From Diploschistes diacapsis (taxonomy: Eukaryota), in contig JALAIB010000081.1 in the NCBI GenBank assembly GCA_023645945.1, forward strand, positions 1 to 34,955: a DNA stretch of 34,955 nucleotides. Reading direction: 5' to 3'. Positions 23,256 to 34,955 of the stretch are shown here, one piece after another; position 1 is the first letter of the stretch; the number at the start of each line of letters is the position of its first letter. Under the pieces are notes generated by a model. The model was not told the DNA's origin and ran no database searches. It saw only the letters and a list, made by a program, of their open reading frames with translations. A program made the translations under genes and the position numbers.

Positions 23256-23693
23256 CTGCGTTTGATAACAGGAGCTTGTGGCAGTCCAAGCAGAGCAAGC
23301 AGCCGGGGCCGCTAAGCCCCCAGCGGAGTGGTTTGCCTTGGCATACCATCGGCAGACATCAATACAATACAAGTTGGCACACCATAGAAGGGTTCTTCAG
23401 ATTAATTCTAAAATAGATCTGAAGCTTCCAGGAGACCTAGAAGTACTAGGGATTTAGTTTACAATTAGTCTGAAGCATCTCTCGGGCTTTTGTTTGGAAC
23501 AGTAATTAATAATATCGCCTCGGCAAAGTTCCAACCCCTGTACACTTCTCAGGTTCTAAGCAGGTCACTTCTCTACCAGAACATCGTTGGTTCTTCTTTT
23601 GGAAGTTCTGTATCACTTGGACTCAGGGTGCGGCGGCATCATGGCGTCTCTGGTATTCGATCCGTTGGGCTGAAGATATACTCGTTTGCTGTT

Positions 23694-26329
23694 ATGGAAG
23701 GCTCGGTCTCAAGTTCTTCACACCCTAAAAGCGCTGTGCGCCAGGATAGCCATCGCTCCAGCGCCAATCCCGAGACTTCAAGGTTCTCAGCGCGGCGTCC
23801 TTCGAGCCGCGCGCAAGTGCCCACTTCCACGTCCCCCGAAGTCATTTCTTCCCTGATCTCTTCGCTTTCTGCCATATCGGCCCCAGCCGAAGATTTCTAC
23901 GACAGCTTGATACCCGATGGAGCAGTTTCAAAGTCTGCGCCTCCTCCTATCCCGAGGTCCCACTTGTCACACAACGTAAGAGACGACACCATTCAGGAGC
24001 ATCCTCGGCCTGGGGTATTCTTGCACCCAGATGAAGCAGCCATACCGCCAATCGTTCGAACGTCAAAGCCTCCTTCAGGTTTCTCGCCCGTTACGGCGCC
24101 CAAAAAAAACAAAGCGCCTCCTGTCTTGTTCACGACGTCGAGCATCCATGACTTGAGACGTTCCAGATCATCAATTGGTAGTGTTAGCATCGGGCCACGC
24201 CATAAGCCTTCTTCAACGAGCCTACAAACATTCTCGACGTCCAACTCTTGGAGCAGCAAGAGTTTAAGACTCATCGCTTCAAAGGAAAAATTGCGGGAAT
24301 TTGATAAAGAGCGCAAGCGCGGGGCCTACAACTTGTCTCCTGCAACGAGCAACGGAGAGTGGCCTCCTGGCAGCTATACCGATCTGTCAAGTCTCGCGAA
24401 CCGAATTTCTCCTGACGTTGTTGGTGGCTCTACGGGGCCAGAAATACCAGCCAGAATTGCGGTTTGGCATGTTCCAGCTCCACGTGAACCTATCACCGCA
24501 TCGTCCTTTGTTCCCAGCTCGCCCGGTTCGCCTTCAAAAATACCGGTTCCGGATCGACGCTCATCGTTGCGACATAGCTTCGGGCCAACTGAAAAGCGCA
24601 AACACAAGACGTCCCCGCATAAGGGCAAACGCAAGGATACTCGCTCCGACCCAAGCACGGGTTCTGAGGAGGGTCAAGAGTCACCAATGAAAATGAAGGG
24701 CAAAGAAAAGGCAACGAGCGACGCCGAGGAAGGTGTGGCCAGACGTATCCAAGAGCTCAAGATGCAAAAAGAGCTACGTCGGATCTCGCAGCAGACCATC
24801 GCAGACCGGGAGCGCTCTGAGGAAGCTGAGAGAATTGAAAAATCTTTGAGGGTGGCAGATTCAAATTTGGGGAACAAGATGGATGTTAGAAGCGCGAGTG
24901 CTCTGACCGCACCAGGAAAGGAAAACTCCAACCCAGCAGGGGATGCTGATACTACGAAACCTTGGCGTGACCCTCTGACAAGATCAGCGACCGAACCGAT
25001 TCCTCTCGATCACACAAAGACCTTTGATCACATCGCTCTACCCCGGGTATCGAGTTCGATGGGCCGCCCCTTGCCTTCTTTGGCCGATTCTATCGATGAA
25101 GCTATTGATGAATACCTCGCAAGCCCAAGACTGTCACAAAAGGTCAAGGATCCATGTACCGGCCGGGTCATTGCATTTTCAGAGGTTGGAGATCCTACAG
25201 GATCCATAGTCTTTTGCTGCGTGGGAATGGGCACGACGCGGTACCTTATGGCCTTCTACGATGAACTTGCGACGACCTTCAAACTCCGTATCATTACCCC
25301 AGACAGGCCTGGCATAGGAGAGAGTCAACCCCATGCGGATGGTACGGATACTCCGCTTGGTTGGCCAGGTAAGCAGTCGTAACAACTCGTTAGGGCGGCA
25401 TGCTAAGTCTCGTAGATGACATCCGGACTATTTGCGCAAACCTCGGCATATCGCGGTTTTCCATCCTAGCGCACTCTGCTGGGGCTGTCTATGCGCTTGC
25501 AACAGCATTACGAATGCCGGAGCACATCCGAGGGCGTGTTCATCTAATGGCACCATGGATACCGCCCTCTCAGATGACAGCGGTAGGTATACAAAAAGAC
25601 CAGGTGCCGAACACCTCCTTGCCCTATGGGCAACGACTTCTAAGGTCTCTGCCCACACCCTTCCTAAAAGTTGCAAACTCAGGCTTCTTTGCAATGACAA
25701 GCAATTCGCTCGCGTCAGCTATGCCAAAGAACTCTCCCAGGCGCAAAAACCGGCGTTCCCTCAACGATCTTGACCACGCAACGATCCAAGCAAAAGCGAG
25801 AGAGCGTCGAAGCAAGCGCAGCTCCATGCCGGTCGACCGGCCTGCCGAGTCGCCCTCGACTCCAAACGGCTTACGCCCAAACGCAGACACGGAGTCCATA
25901 ATAAGCTCTTCGCTTAGTGCACTACCAGGTAGGGACAAAGAACCAGAGTATCAGTTCCGCCTTACGCACGCCATCTGGGAGGCAGCAACTACCAACGCCA
26001 ACCCAGCCGTCGATCTCCTTGTTTGCCTAGAACGACGGCAGGACATCGGTTTCCGTTACGCGGACGTGAGCCGGGAAGTCGTTATACATCATGGCGCCAA
26101 GGACACGAGGGTGCCTGTGGAGAACGTTGAGTGGCTAGCCAACCGGATGAGGAGGTGCGAGCTAAGGCTACTCGAGGACGAAGGGCACGGCCTGATGGCG
26201 AGCGCTACGGTCATGAGCAATGTTCTGAGCGAGATGGCGCAGGAGTGGGACGATTGGAATGTCCTTACGAAGATGAGCTCCCAGAATGCGTTGGAGAAGG
26301 GCGAGAGGATCAATTGGCCGCTGAGATGA
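23694..26329 (+). CDS. Alpha/beta-fold hydrolase with a long disordered N-terminus
   Basis: Exons 23694-25368 and 25416-26329. Motifs: FSEVGDPTG, TPDRPGIGES, nucleophile elbow AHSAG, HHGAKDTRVP, EGHGL. Confidence 0.9.
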
Positions 26330-27354
26330 ACCTGTTCGCTGTATCGGGTTTGCTAGGATTCTCATGAGCGTTTGTCAAGGTATCGCATTGGATTCACGCT
26401 GCGTCGCTTTTGTATGAATAGGTTGCTGGACGGAGAGGTGGATGATACCCTTGCTACATTGCAGCATCGCTGTGCGGACTGTGTATTAATCCCCGGAGCT
26501 TGACATGAGGATCTACAATCAGACCTTCTAATACTAATGTCTTTATTCATTCTCTACCTACCTACAGACCAGAGAACTCCATCGTATCTGCATGAAAATC
26601 CCAAACAGGAACATGCAAGACATGCGATATTGCGATGTATAGTATAGACACCAAGCCGTGCCGTATAGGGAGATACGAGCTGCATGGGCGTTCTGGGATA
26701 CTCAGTGGTAATGAAAGGGAAATGAAGATAGATTGGACGGATGGTCGGGAAGAGCCTCAGCTGTATATACATGGTGTGGTGGTGACATCGTAGCATGGCT
26801 GCAACCATTCCATGCATGACAGTAAACTTATCATCCAGAGTTCCAGAAACATCAGTGTATACAAATACAGTAGCAACAGTGTTAGGACTCATTATCGATC
26901 TATGGCCTGCCTCACGATGCTGGACGGAAGCCGTGCATCTCGAAAAGGAAGTTGAGGCAAGCGTTTTCCACTCCGTCGGGACTCTTATGTAGCGGACCTG
27001 CTCCGAAAAGACAGCTTGTAACCCCCTCAGCTCTTTTATTTTCATTCCTAGTTTTCATAGCTATGTAGATAGAACTTGAGAGCTGGATTCTCTATCTGTG
27101 TCTCCAATACTCTTACTCTGTACCTACGTCAAACGGTCGGTCTCCCGTACCGCGGCTCAAAGCTCCATGACTGCCCACATCCGCATCTTCAGCAGCTATC
27201 GTGTGCCGCATGCGTGCCTCCTCGAATCGCACAAGAACCCCTCTTGCTCCCTTAGGATACATTACATTAAACATCAAAACGGATCATAGCACCTCGGTAA
27301 CTTGGAGCGGAGTCTCATGTACGATCTGGCACACCGGTGCCCTCCTCAGCAATT

Positions 27355-28355
27355 ATGCCGTCCTCACGGCGTGTTAAAATCCTCTCCCTCACCGTCGCCC
27401 TCATCATCCTCTCCGTTCTGTACCTCTCTGTACGTATTCCACATTCCTTCCGCTCTTTCCCCAATCCACCCTTTTGCAACTCTGTTCAGTTTCCGCTCCG
27501 CTCTCCGCCAGGGCATGTGTTAATCCAGACGCCGTCCACGTGCACAGAGCAGTGCCCGCCAATCCAATCGCCAATTCTACGACCGCACCGTCGCCGCCAT
27601 GGAAAAAGCTTCACAAGCTCACACCGACCCTGGATTGCCACTGGACGCAAATCAAAGACCGCTCGCAGGACTGGATCTCCCAACTCCGGACCCAGAAGCC
27701 CTTACGGGGAAGACAGAGGCGCAGGTGCCAGTAGATGCGGGGCAGAGAGAACCCGTGCCTGAGGTGAAAAGCCCACCGGAGGCAGTATCGAATACGGAAG
27801 AGGCAAAAGACAAAGCAAAGGGAGGCAAGCCAGGAGATGTAGGTAGGAAATGGGGTGCCGGAATCGAGGGAGCGGAGGGGAGAGCCAAGAAGGAGGTGGA
27901 TGAGAAGAGCGAGAAAGAGATAAAGGTGGAGGCAGAGCTGAATTCGATACTCAAGCGGAGCCCGAGTAAGTCTACCTCAAGCCGAACATGTGCGGGAAGA
28001 GCGGCCATTTCCATCTTCGCAGGTACATTAGCCATCAGGGCTGACAGGTTGCTCAGTAATCATCTTCTCCAAATCCTACTGCCCCTACTCGAAAAAGGCC
28101 AAGGCCGTATTCTCGAAATACAGCATCACGCCGGCCCCCTTCATCGTCGAGCTGGACCAGCACGAGCTGGGGTCGGGCCTGCAGGCAGCGCTAGGGAAAA
28201 CGACGAAGAGGAGGACAGTGCCGAACATTCTAGTAGGCGGTATGAGTATTGGAGGCGGGGATGAAGTGGCGGCTATGGATGAGAAGAGAGAGTTGGAGGG
28301 GAAGATTAAGGAGTTAGGGGGGAAGAGAATAATGGAGGTGAAGAGAAGTGGATGA
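27355..28355 (+). CDS. Membrane-anchored monothiol glutaredoxin (CPYS; secretory-pathway Grx6/7-like)
   Basis: Exons 27355-27429, 27548-27965 and 28057-28355. N-terminal signal anchor; motifs IIFSKSYCPYSKKAK, VELDQH, RTVPNILVGG.SIGGGD. Confidence 0.92.
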
Positions 28356-29862
28356 TGCCGTGGAATGGAAAGGGAATGTAAGGGCAGAGAGGTATACGGA
28401 TTGATGGAGGACAGATGGAGTCTAGGCGGCCTGGATAAAGAGAAGGGTACTAATGTTTCTGGCTACTGGCGCTCGATCTGACGGAGTAGATGGAACGACT
28501 TGAACTTTGGCGGGCGAACTTGGTAATAGCAAGACGAAGACCGGATCTGCTTAGCAGGAGTCCTTCTTCCTGTTGGCGCAACAGGGAGGCGGCATGTTGC
28601 GGAGCAATTACGATATTTAACACCACCCATCACGCTCAGCGGGATGGTATGGACGACGTCGGTAGTGTAATGTACACTCTGATGCACGTGCTTCATGCAA
28701 GGCTGCTCAGAATCCCCATTTTACCTTTGCCTTGCGTATCTCTGATATGCAACCTGTGTGAGAAAACTTCCAATTAATGGACTGTGAATTGAATTTCTAT
28801 CGTTTTCACTGCAAGTACTTTCGCACTGGATCCGCCGCTATTACATGGCGTGCACCTGCTCTGGTTCTCAACTATATCCATATTCGATCCTTCCAGACCG
28901 CGTGAGGTTCACATCCACGTCAATAACGTACGCTAAGGCTAGCAGCGAACAACGGCTTGATTTCTCATTAGTGGAAGAATTGTAAAAACGGTGAAGAACG
29001 TTGGACCGGTTGATGATCTGGAGGCTAGAGCACGCTTTCGCTTGCGTCTTGCCGAGCCTTGAAGGGGACTACCAACTGCAGGTCTGCAACCAATTACGGT
29101 GGCATCCGTCCTGGTGGGTTGAGGAGCATTCACCTTCTGGGAGGAAAGGCCGTAGCCCTGGTTGCTGCTAATGGTACTAGGCAGACAGAGGACTCTATTG
29201 AGCTTTCGACGGCTTCAATGGGAAAGCTGAGTTGAGAAGCTCGCGCGGGCATGGCTTGCGTGTTTGCAGCTATGGCTACAGATTTAATTTACGGAAATGG
29301 ATCGCGGAGGCTCACACTGCTTCATCCGACTGGAGGAGAAAAGGGTGGGAAAATTGATGGACAGTTTTTGTATTACTTTCGCTCTCGTTGTACCTTGGGG
29401 AAAGCGTTCGGATCACAGCAGGCTCCCCCAGTCCAGAGTTCTCTACAGAATTTGAAAGTGCGTGCGAAAGGTTCGAGATGCCCAACATCCCGTGCGCTGG
29501 TACTCGGCGGTATCCATCTTCAGTTTGGAGATGGATGTCATCTCCATTGGATGGCCGAACCTGCATCTTCGCGTACGGTTTTCTAGAAGCACATGGTGGA
29601 GCTCTGCGCCAATGACACCTCAAGCATGGGGGAGCCCCATTTCTACCTCCACCGCAATATACTGTACTTTACATGAAGGATAGCCCGCTGGATTGTAAAT
29701 ATGCCGGGCCTCCTCACCTCGTCTTTCTCTAGAGCTGCAGATCGCCTGCTATTCTGTTGCCTCCGCAAGTTCACGCGCCATTGAGGTATCTTTTGCTGGA
29801 CCAACGTTGAGCTAGGCTATCATTAGTCCTTCAGCAAGTATTGATTCTCTAATACTGTCGGG

Positions 29863-31749
29863 ATGGGATTGATGGTTAAGAAGAGAGCATACAACTGGAT
29901 CTTGCGATTTGCATCATATATTTATATCTCGCTGGTAGTAGCGTCTTGTATGGTATTGTACGGTTACGATGCCTCCATCTTCAATACCGTGCAGGTGTCG
30001 ACGAACTGGCTGAACTGGTTCGGATTTAACTCAAAGAAGCCTGTGGGTCGGCACCAGTGTACTGCTCAATTTGGGGAACTCTGGCCCTCTTTAGGATCCG
30101 AATGTTTTGGGCTCTATCAATACAGTCTACACCGTCGGCGCCATCGTCGGCGAGTTCTTCCTTGGTGGCCCCATTGCCGATTATGCTGGCCGGAAGGTCG
30201 GTATGTTCGTTGGCGCTTTCCTCGTCATTATCGCGACTTTCATGCAAATCTTTGCGCCCTATCGGAATATCGCGTGCTTCATCGGTGGTCGTGTTCTTAT
30301 CGGACTGAGCCAGGGTATCGCCTTAAGTATGGGAAGCTGAAGTGCTTCAAGATCATCAGTTTATGCTGTAAAGCTGCTGGACCGATCTATATAGGAGAGC
30401 TCGCAACCCCCGGAGATCCGTGGTAAGATCATGACCTTTTGCAACTATTCTATTCTGTGGGGTCTTACCACCTACGGGGTCGGGTACGCTGCCACAGAGC
30501 CCGTCCAAAGCCTCGGGTATGTATTCAGGCCCAAGCAAGATTCATTTAGCATCTAACTCTTTGCACAGGGAATGTGATTGGAAGATTGTTTGCATCTTTC
30601 AGCTGCTTGCCCCAATTCTCATTTGTAATTTGCTCTTTACCATTCCTGGGACTCCTTGATGGTACATCAGCATGGCAACCCATATTCAGTAAGCACGTCT
30701 TGCCCATCGGAAAGTCAGAGACACTGAACAAGACGTTGAGGATGAGCTATTGATGATTCGGGAGGCACTCGAGTACGAAAAGGAAGCTATCTTGTCTGGC
30801 TACTCCGTGCTATGGGTGCCACAAAGGTCTGCTGCTGGCGTTCGTTATCAATGCTGCGCGACAAGTCACCGGACAAGGAACGTTGAACCCTTACTCGAGT
30901 ACCATCTACAAGGAGGTTTGGAACAATGCTTCAACAGTTGCTTTGATCAGTGCTCTTAATCCTAGATTTGGAATCATTTCCCGCTTAACGCCGCATGGAC
31001 AGCCGATCGCTTCTGACGAGAATTACTCTTTATCGTTGACGGTATCGGAATAGGTATTTGCATGATTATTGTCGCAGCCGTTGGGTCAGAGACACCTACA
31101 AGTCCCGAGGGAGCCAAGTCAGTCCCTGTCGGTACAGCTGTACCTAGACCTCGCGTCCTTCAAATCTGCTGTTTCCCTTGCCAATAAACACCCAGATTGT
31201 CTTCTTATTCTTATTCTTTGCCTTCTTCTACAAACCCAGTTGGGCGGCTTGCGTTTGGATTTGGACCGCCGAGGTCTTCAACATGAACGTTCGAGCTCAA
31301 GCAACCGGAATGACAAGCCAGACGCAGAATCTAGCCAATTCCATCTTCCAGCAATACTTCCTAATCTTCCTCTGACACTGCAACTTCTATACTTTCTACT
31401 TCTTCGCCGGCGTCGGCGTCATGCTAGCAGCGTTTGTCTGGTTCTTGTAAGCTTTTGCCCGTTGCAGCATCTTTGAGACTAGAATTCGGCTGACTGTTTC
31501 AAGGATTCCTGAGAAAAGAGCATCATGCTCGAAGCAATGGACACCCTGTTTGGCGGCAACAACCACGTGGAAAAGGGAGGCGACATAATTGCTGTCGAGG
31601 ACGCCCACCACGCCACTGTGGGCTACGGTTAGGACGAGGTCAACACCAACGATCTGATCAGCCCAACGGGCGTGGCAAATGTGGCGGAAGCGGTGCGCAG
31701 GAACAAAGAGGTGAGCGGAGCGGAATCAATTTGTGAAGCGAAGACATAA
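29863..31749 (+). pseudogene. MFS sugar-porter family transporter, disrupted
   Basis: Recognisable segments YGYDASIFN, ADYAGRK, FIGGRVLIG, IYIGELA-(P)PEIRGK and WIWTAEVF...RAQ. Frameshifts at about 30405 and 30441; in-frame stops at 31014 (TGA in DRF*R), 31373 (TGA) and 31630 (TAG). Confidence 0.9.
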
Positions 31750-32255
31750 AATGCCTTGGGAAAACTCAGTCTTCAATGAGGCAGAGGCATTTCTGGCTTG
31801 TGGCAAGCTTCTGCAGGAGAACTTGAGGCAATGAAGTAGCTTTACGGCGCGTTGTAGAGGATATACCCCATATTAACTCGCTGGGCTTGGTCGAGTATGG
31901 CCGACTATGTCCATTAGACACAACTTAATAAATAAATTGAATTGAACTTCAGCCTTGGAGCGCGTATGAATGTTCGATGCCGATCTTTGTCAACTACCCC
32001 TGTGCCTCCCTTATCGCCTTCTAAATCAGTATACCTTACTTCTAGATCCAGTGAATAGTCCGTGCTTCCGGCAGATTATCTGCACCATGGCATACTGGAC
32101 ATTAACCACCAAACAAGGCAGCTACGGAGGTACAGCCGAGCGAAGCGCCCTCCAAAGCACTACTGATCCGGACGACTACGTAAACCATCCTCATCTAGCT
32201 TTTCCTCTTCTAGCCTCTACTTTTTTCTTCTTCATTAGAATACGTTAGCAATACA

Positions 32256-34955
32256 ATGGACGACCCAGCAATGAAGCAGTACTTCGCGGACTCGCCGCCT
32301 ACGATGGTGAAGCTGGAGATTGAGCCGCACTTCTCAAATCTCAGTGAGAGGGAGAAGGCTTATGCGCACCACATGTCGCGGTTAGTGGACATGTCTCGTT
32401 TGCTTTCCTTCATTGATGTCCCAACTTATCAAGCGAATCCTTTAATGTGTTACAATGGCCGCAACAATGTTCTGCTGCGCCCTGAAAACAAATGTGGAAG
32501 TTGAGCCCAAAGAGGCGTATATCATCAGAGCATCCCCCAAGTACATGCTGCTCTTTGCATTTGGCTCTTGGCTGGCGTATTATTTCGTTGAAGATCTGAG
32601 CTGAGGCCTATAAAGCGCTGCCTATCATGGAACCCGCATCACTCTCCGCCAGGTCAGCCCCGAGGCGGAAGCTATCTATGATCTCATCATCGCTCTATAC
32701 CATAGCTGCGGCGGTGACTGGAAGAAGCTGCAGGAACAGACTAGAGTGTCGAGCGAGGACGTAGACCACTTCCTTAGCTATGCTGCGCAGTTTTTGGGCA
32801 ACCTGGGTGAGCTGAAGCATTGGTACCTCTGCGTGTTCGATATGATGTATCCTCGGAGTTTTTTCAAAAGCCAATCACGTTCGTAAATTGCACCGAGAAT
32901 GGCTACTATTGGACCCCATTAAGGTGACAAGGGTACATCATATCAGACATATAAAGGTAATCCTACAGCTTCAGACACAATAGCTAACCCTATTATCAGG
33001 TAACTACAAAGGCTTTGGCGATTCCAAATTCGTTCCGCGCATCTCCCCCTCAGCCTTCGAGCAGCTTGTGTCTAAAGATGTTAAAGCAAGATCCTTCTTT
33101 GAAAGCACCGGCGGAAAGAATGGGTCCATCTTCGCCACCCCTGACAAGCCCGGCCTCATGCACCTGGGTTTCATTGACCAAGGCCATATGTCCACCTACT
33201 ACCCAGAGTCACCCACCATCACAAAGCAAGAGATCGACATCATCTCTGAGGTCATGGCTAAGAATGACATCCTTCCCGAAAATACTCGTCTCCAGAAGCT
33301 GCAGTCGGGGGACTTCGACCTCCTTATCGCTTCTGGCATCTCCAATCCCCCTTCCTCCGAGATCGACTCTACGGATCACCAAACCTCTTTCCCCCTCCCT
33401 TCACCACTGGACGGGAAATCTCTCCACCTGGTCTTCGGCGACCACCGCGAAGAAATGGCCAAAGCCGCGCTCTCAATCCGCAAAGCGGGCCACTACGTCG
33501 CGAACCCGACCCAAGCCGCCATGCTGGACGCCTACGCCAAGTCCTTCGGCACGGGCTCCCTCAAAGCCTTCAAAACTGCCCAAGAACATTGGGTGCGCGA
33601 CCTCAAACCCACCGTCGAGTCCAACATCGGCTTCGTCGAAACCTACCGCGACCCGGCCGGCATCCGCGGCGAATGGGAGGGCTTCGTCGCAACAGTCAAC
33701 CAAGAGCGCACCCTCGCCTTCGGGCGCCTTGTGTCCGCTGCGCCGCGCCTCATCCCCACCCTCCCCTGGCCGAAGGATTTCGAAAAGGATACCTTCAAGG
33801 CGCCAGACTTCACCTCCCTCGAGGTGTTAGCTTTCACCAGCTCAGGCATCCCAGCGGGTATTAACATCCCCAACTACGACGACATCCGGCAGGCCGTCGG
33901 CTTCAAGAACGTCAGCCTCGGCAACGTGCTCGGCGCCAAGTCGCCCAACGAACCCGTGCCCTTCATCGACGCCGACGACCTCGACGCGTACACCAAGCAC
34001 CGCGACGCCGCGTTCGAGGTCCAGGTCGGCATCCACGAGCTGCTGGGCCACGGCACGGGCAAGATCCTCGCCGAGACTCAACCGGGGGCGCACAACTTCG
34101 ACCAAAACAACCCACCGCTCAGCCCGGTCACGGGCCAGCCGATAAGCAGCTGGTACCGCCCCGGCCAAACCTACTCCAGCGTCTTCGGCAGCCTGGGCTC
34201 GGCGTACGAGGAGTGCCGGGCCGAGTGCGTCGCCATGTACCTGGCCTGCGACATGTCGATCCTCAAGCTCTTCGACCTGGACGCCGGGGCCGGGCTGACG
34301 CACCTGGCGCAGCACAGCAGCACGATGATGACGACGACGACGACGACGACGGCGGAAACCGAAACCGAAACCGCGAAGGCAAAGCAGGACCCGTACCGCG
34401 GCGTGGACGTGCGCAGCCAGGCGTTCGCGACGCTGCACGCGGCGTACCTGTCCATGGCGCGGGCCGGGATCGCGGCGCTGGAGATGTGGGATCCCAAGAG
34501 CGGCAAGTGGGGGCAGGCGCACAGCCGCGCGCGGTGGGGGATACTGCAGTGTTTCCTCGACGCCTCGTCGGAGGAGCACGCGACGCCCTTCTGCGCCATC
34601 AACCCCGCCCCAGGTGGTGGCACCGACGCCGCGGACGAGGATCTCGACGCGCTGACCGTCCGCATCGACCCCATGCAGATCCTGACGACGGGCCGGCGCG
34701 CGGTCGGCGAGTTCCTGACGCGCCTGCATGTGTATAAGACGACCGCGGACGTCGAGGCGGGGAGGGAGCTGTTCGAGAGGATGACGAGGGTGAGAGGGAG
34801 GGAGCATGGGGAGTGGTGGGCGGAGAAGGTGAGGGCGGTGGTGCTGCGGAAGAGGGTGCCGAGGAAGGTGTTTGTCATGGGGAACACGGTCGAGGTGGAG
34901 GAGGGAGATGTGGGGAGGGTGGAGTTGAGGGAGTATGAGGTTTCGAGGGAGGGGG
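32256..34955 (+). CDS. DPP3: Dipeptidyl peptidase III (M49 zinc metallopeptidase), 3' end beyond the window
   Basis: Exons 32256-32380, 32616-32806 and 33000 to the window end. Motifs: GNLGNYKGFGDSKF, GFVETYRDP.G.RGEWEG, GINIPNYDDIRQ..GFKNVSLGN, HELLGHG (34034), EECRAE (34208), WGQAH. Absent from the ORF track because it has no stop inside the window. Confidence 0.97.
32824..32959. repeat. 30-bp inverted repeat (136-bp hairpin) within DPP3 intron 2
   Basis: Arms 32824-32853 and 32930-32959 are 23/30 identical; all 7 differences are transitions. Confidence 0.85.
34322..34372 (+). repeat. Coding (ACG)7 and (GAAACC)3 microsatellites in DPP3
   Basis: Encode TMMTTTTTTTAETETET in frame. Confidence 0.9.

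Noticed and set aside
23490..23693. N-terminal extension of the hydrolase from a TTG start
   Set aside because: Non-ATG start; the first in-frame ATG is at 23694 and nothing supports the extension.
33015..34887. Long ORFs of 271, 321, 238 and 174 aa overlapping DPP3
   Set aside because: Alternative-frame or antisense shadows of a GC-rich, codon-biased gene.

Overview
Intron-rich filamentous ascomycete (Pezizomycotina-like) genomic DNA; no prokaryotic features. Genes were reconstructed by hand from splice signals. In order: 5' part of 3-hydroxyanthranilate dioxygenase (BNA1, -); ethanolamine kinase (-); a solitary Tc1/mariner-like end; a fungal-luciferase-family protein (+); a decayed orphan coding region with a 5 x 101-bp array showing RIP-type changes; a GPI-anchored Cu-only SOD (+, GC-AG intron); two tandem paralogous type-I membrane proteins (-); ARF1 (-); a CorA-like transporter (-); ribosomal protein uL1/RPL1 (+); an alpha/beta hydrolase (+); a membrane-anchored CPYS glutaredoxin (+); an MFS sugar transporter pseudogene (+); and dipeptidyl peptidase III (+, runs off the window). 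The most striking observation is that RPL1 encodes its conserved 217-aa protein only if a single-nucleotide exon (C21507) between two 52-nt introns is spliced in. Also notable are a TA-bounded 30-bp inverted repeat inside a DPP3 intron, a structured last intron in RPL1, and a four-STRE/G-quadruplex cluster. No database searches were possible, so family calls rest on recognised motifs.
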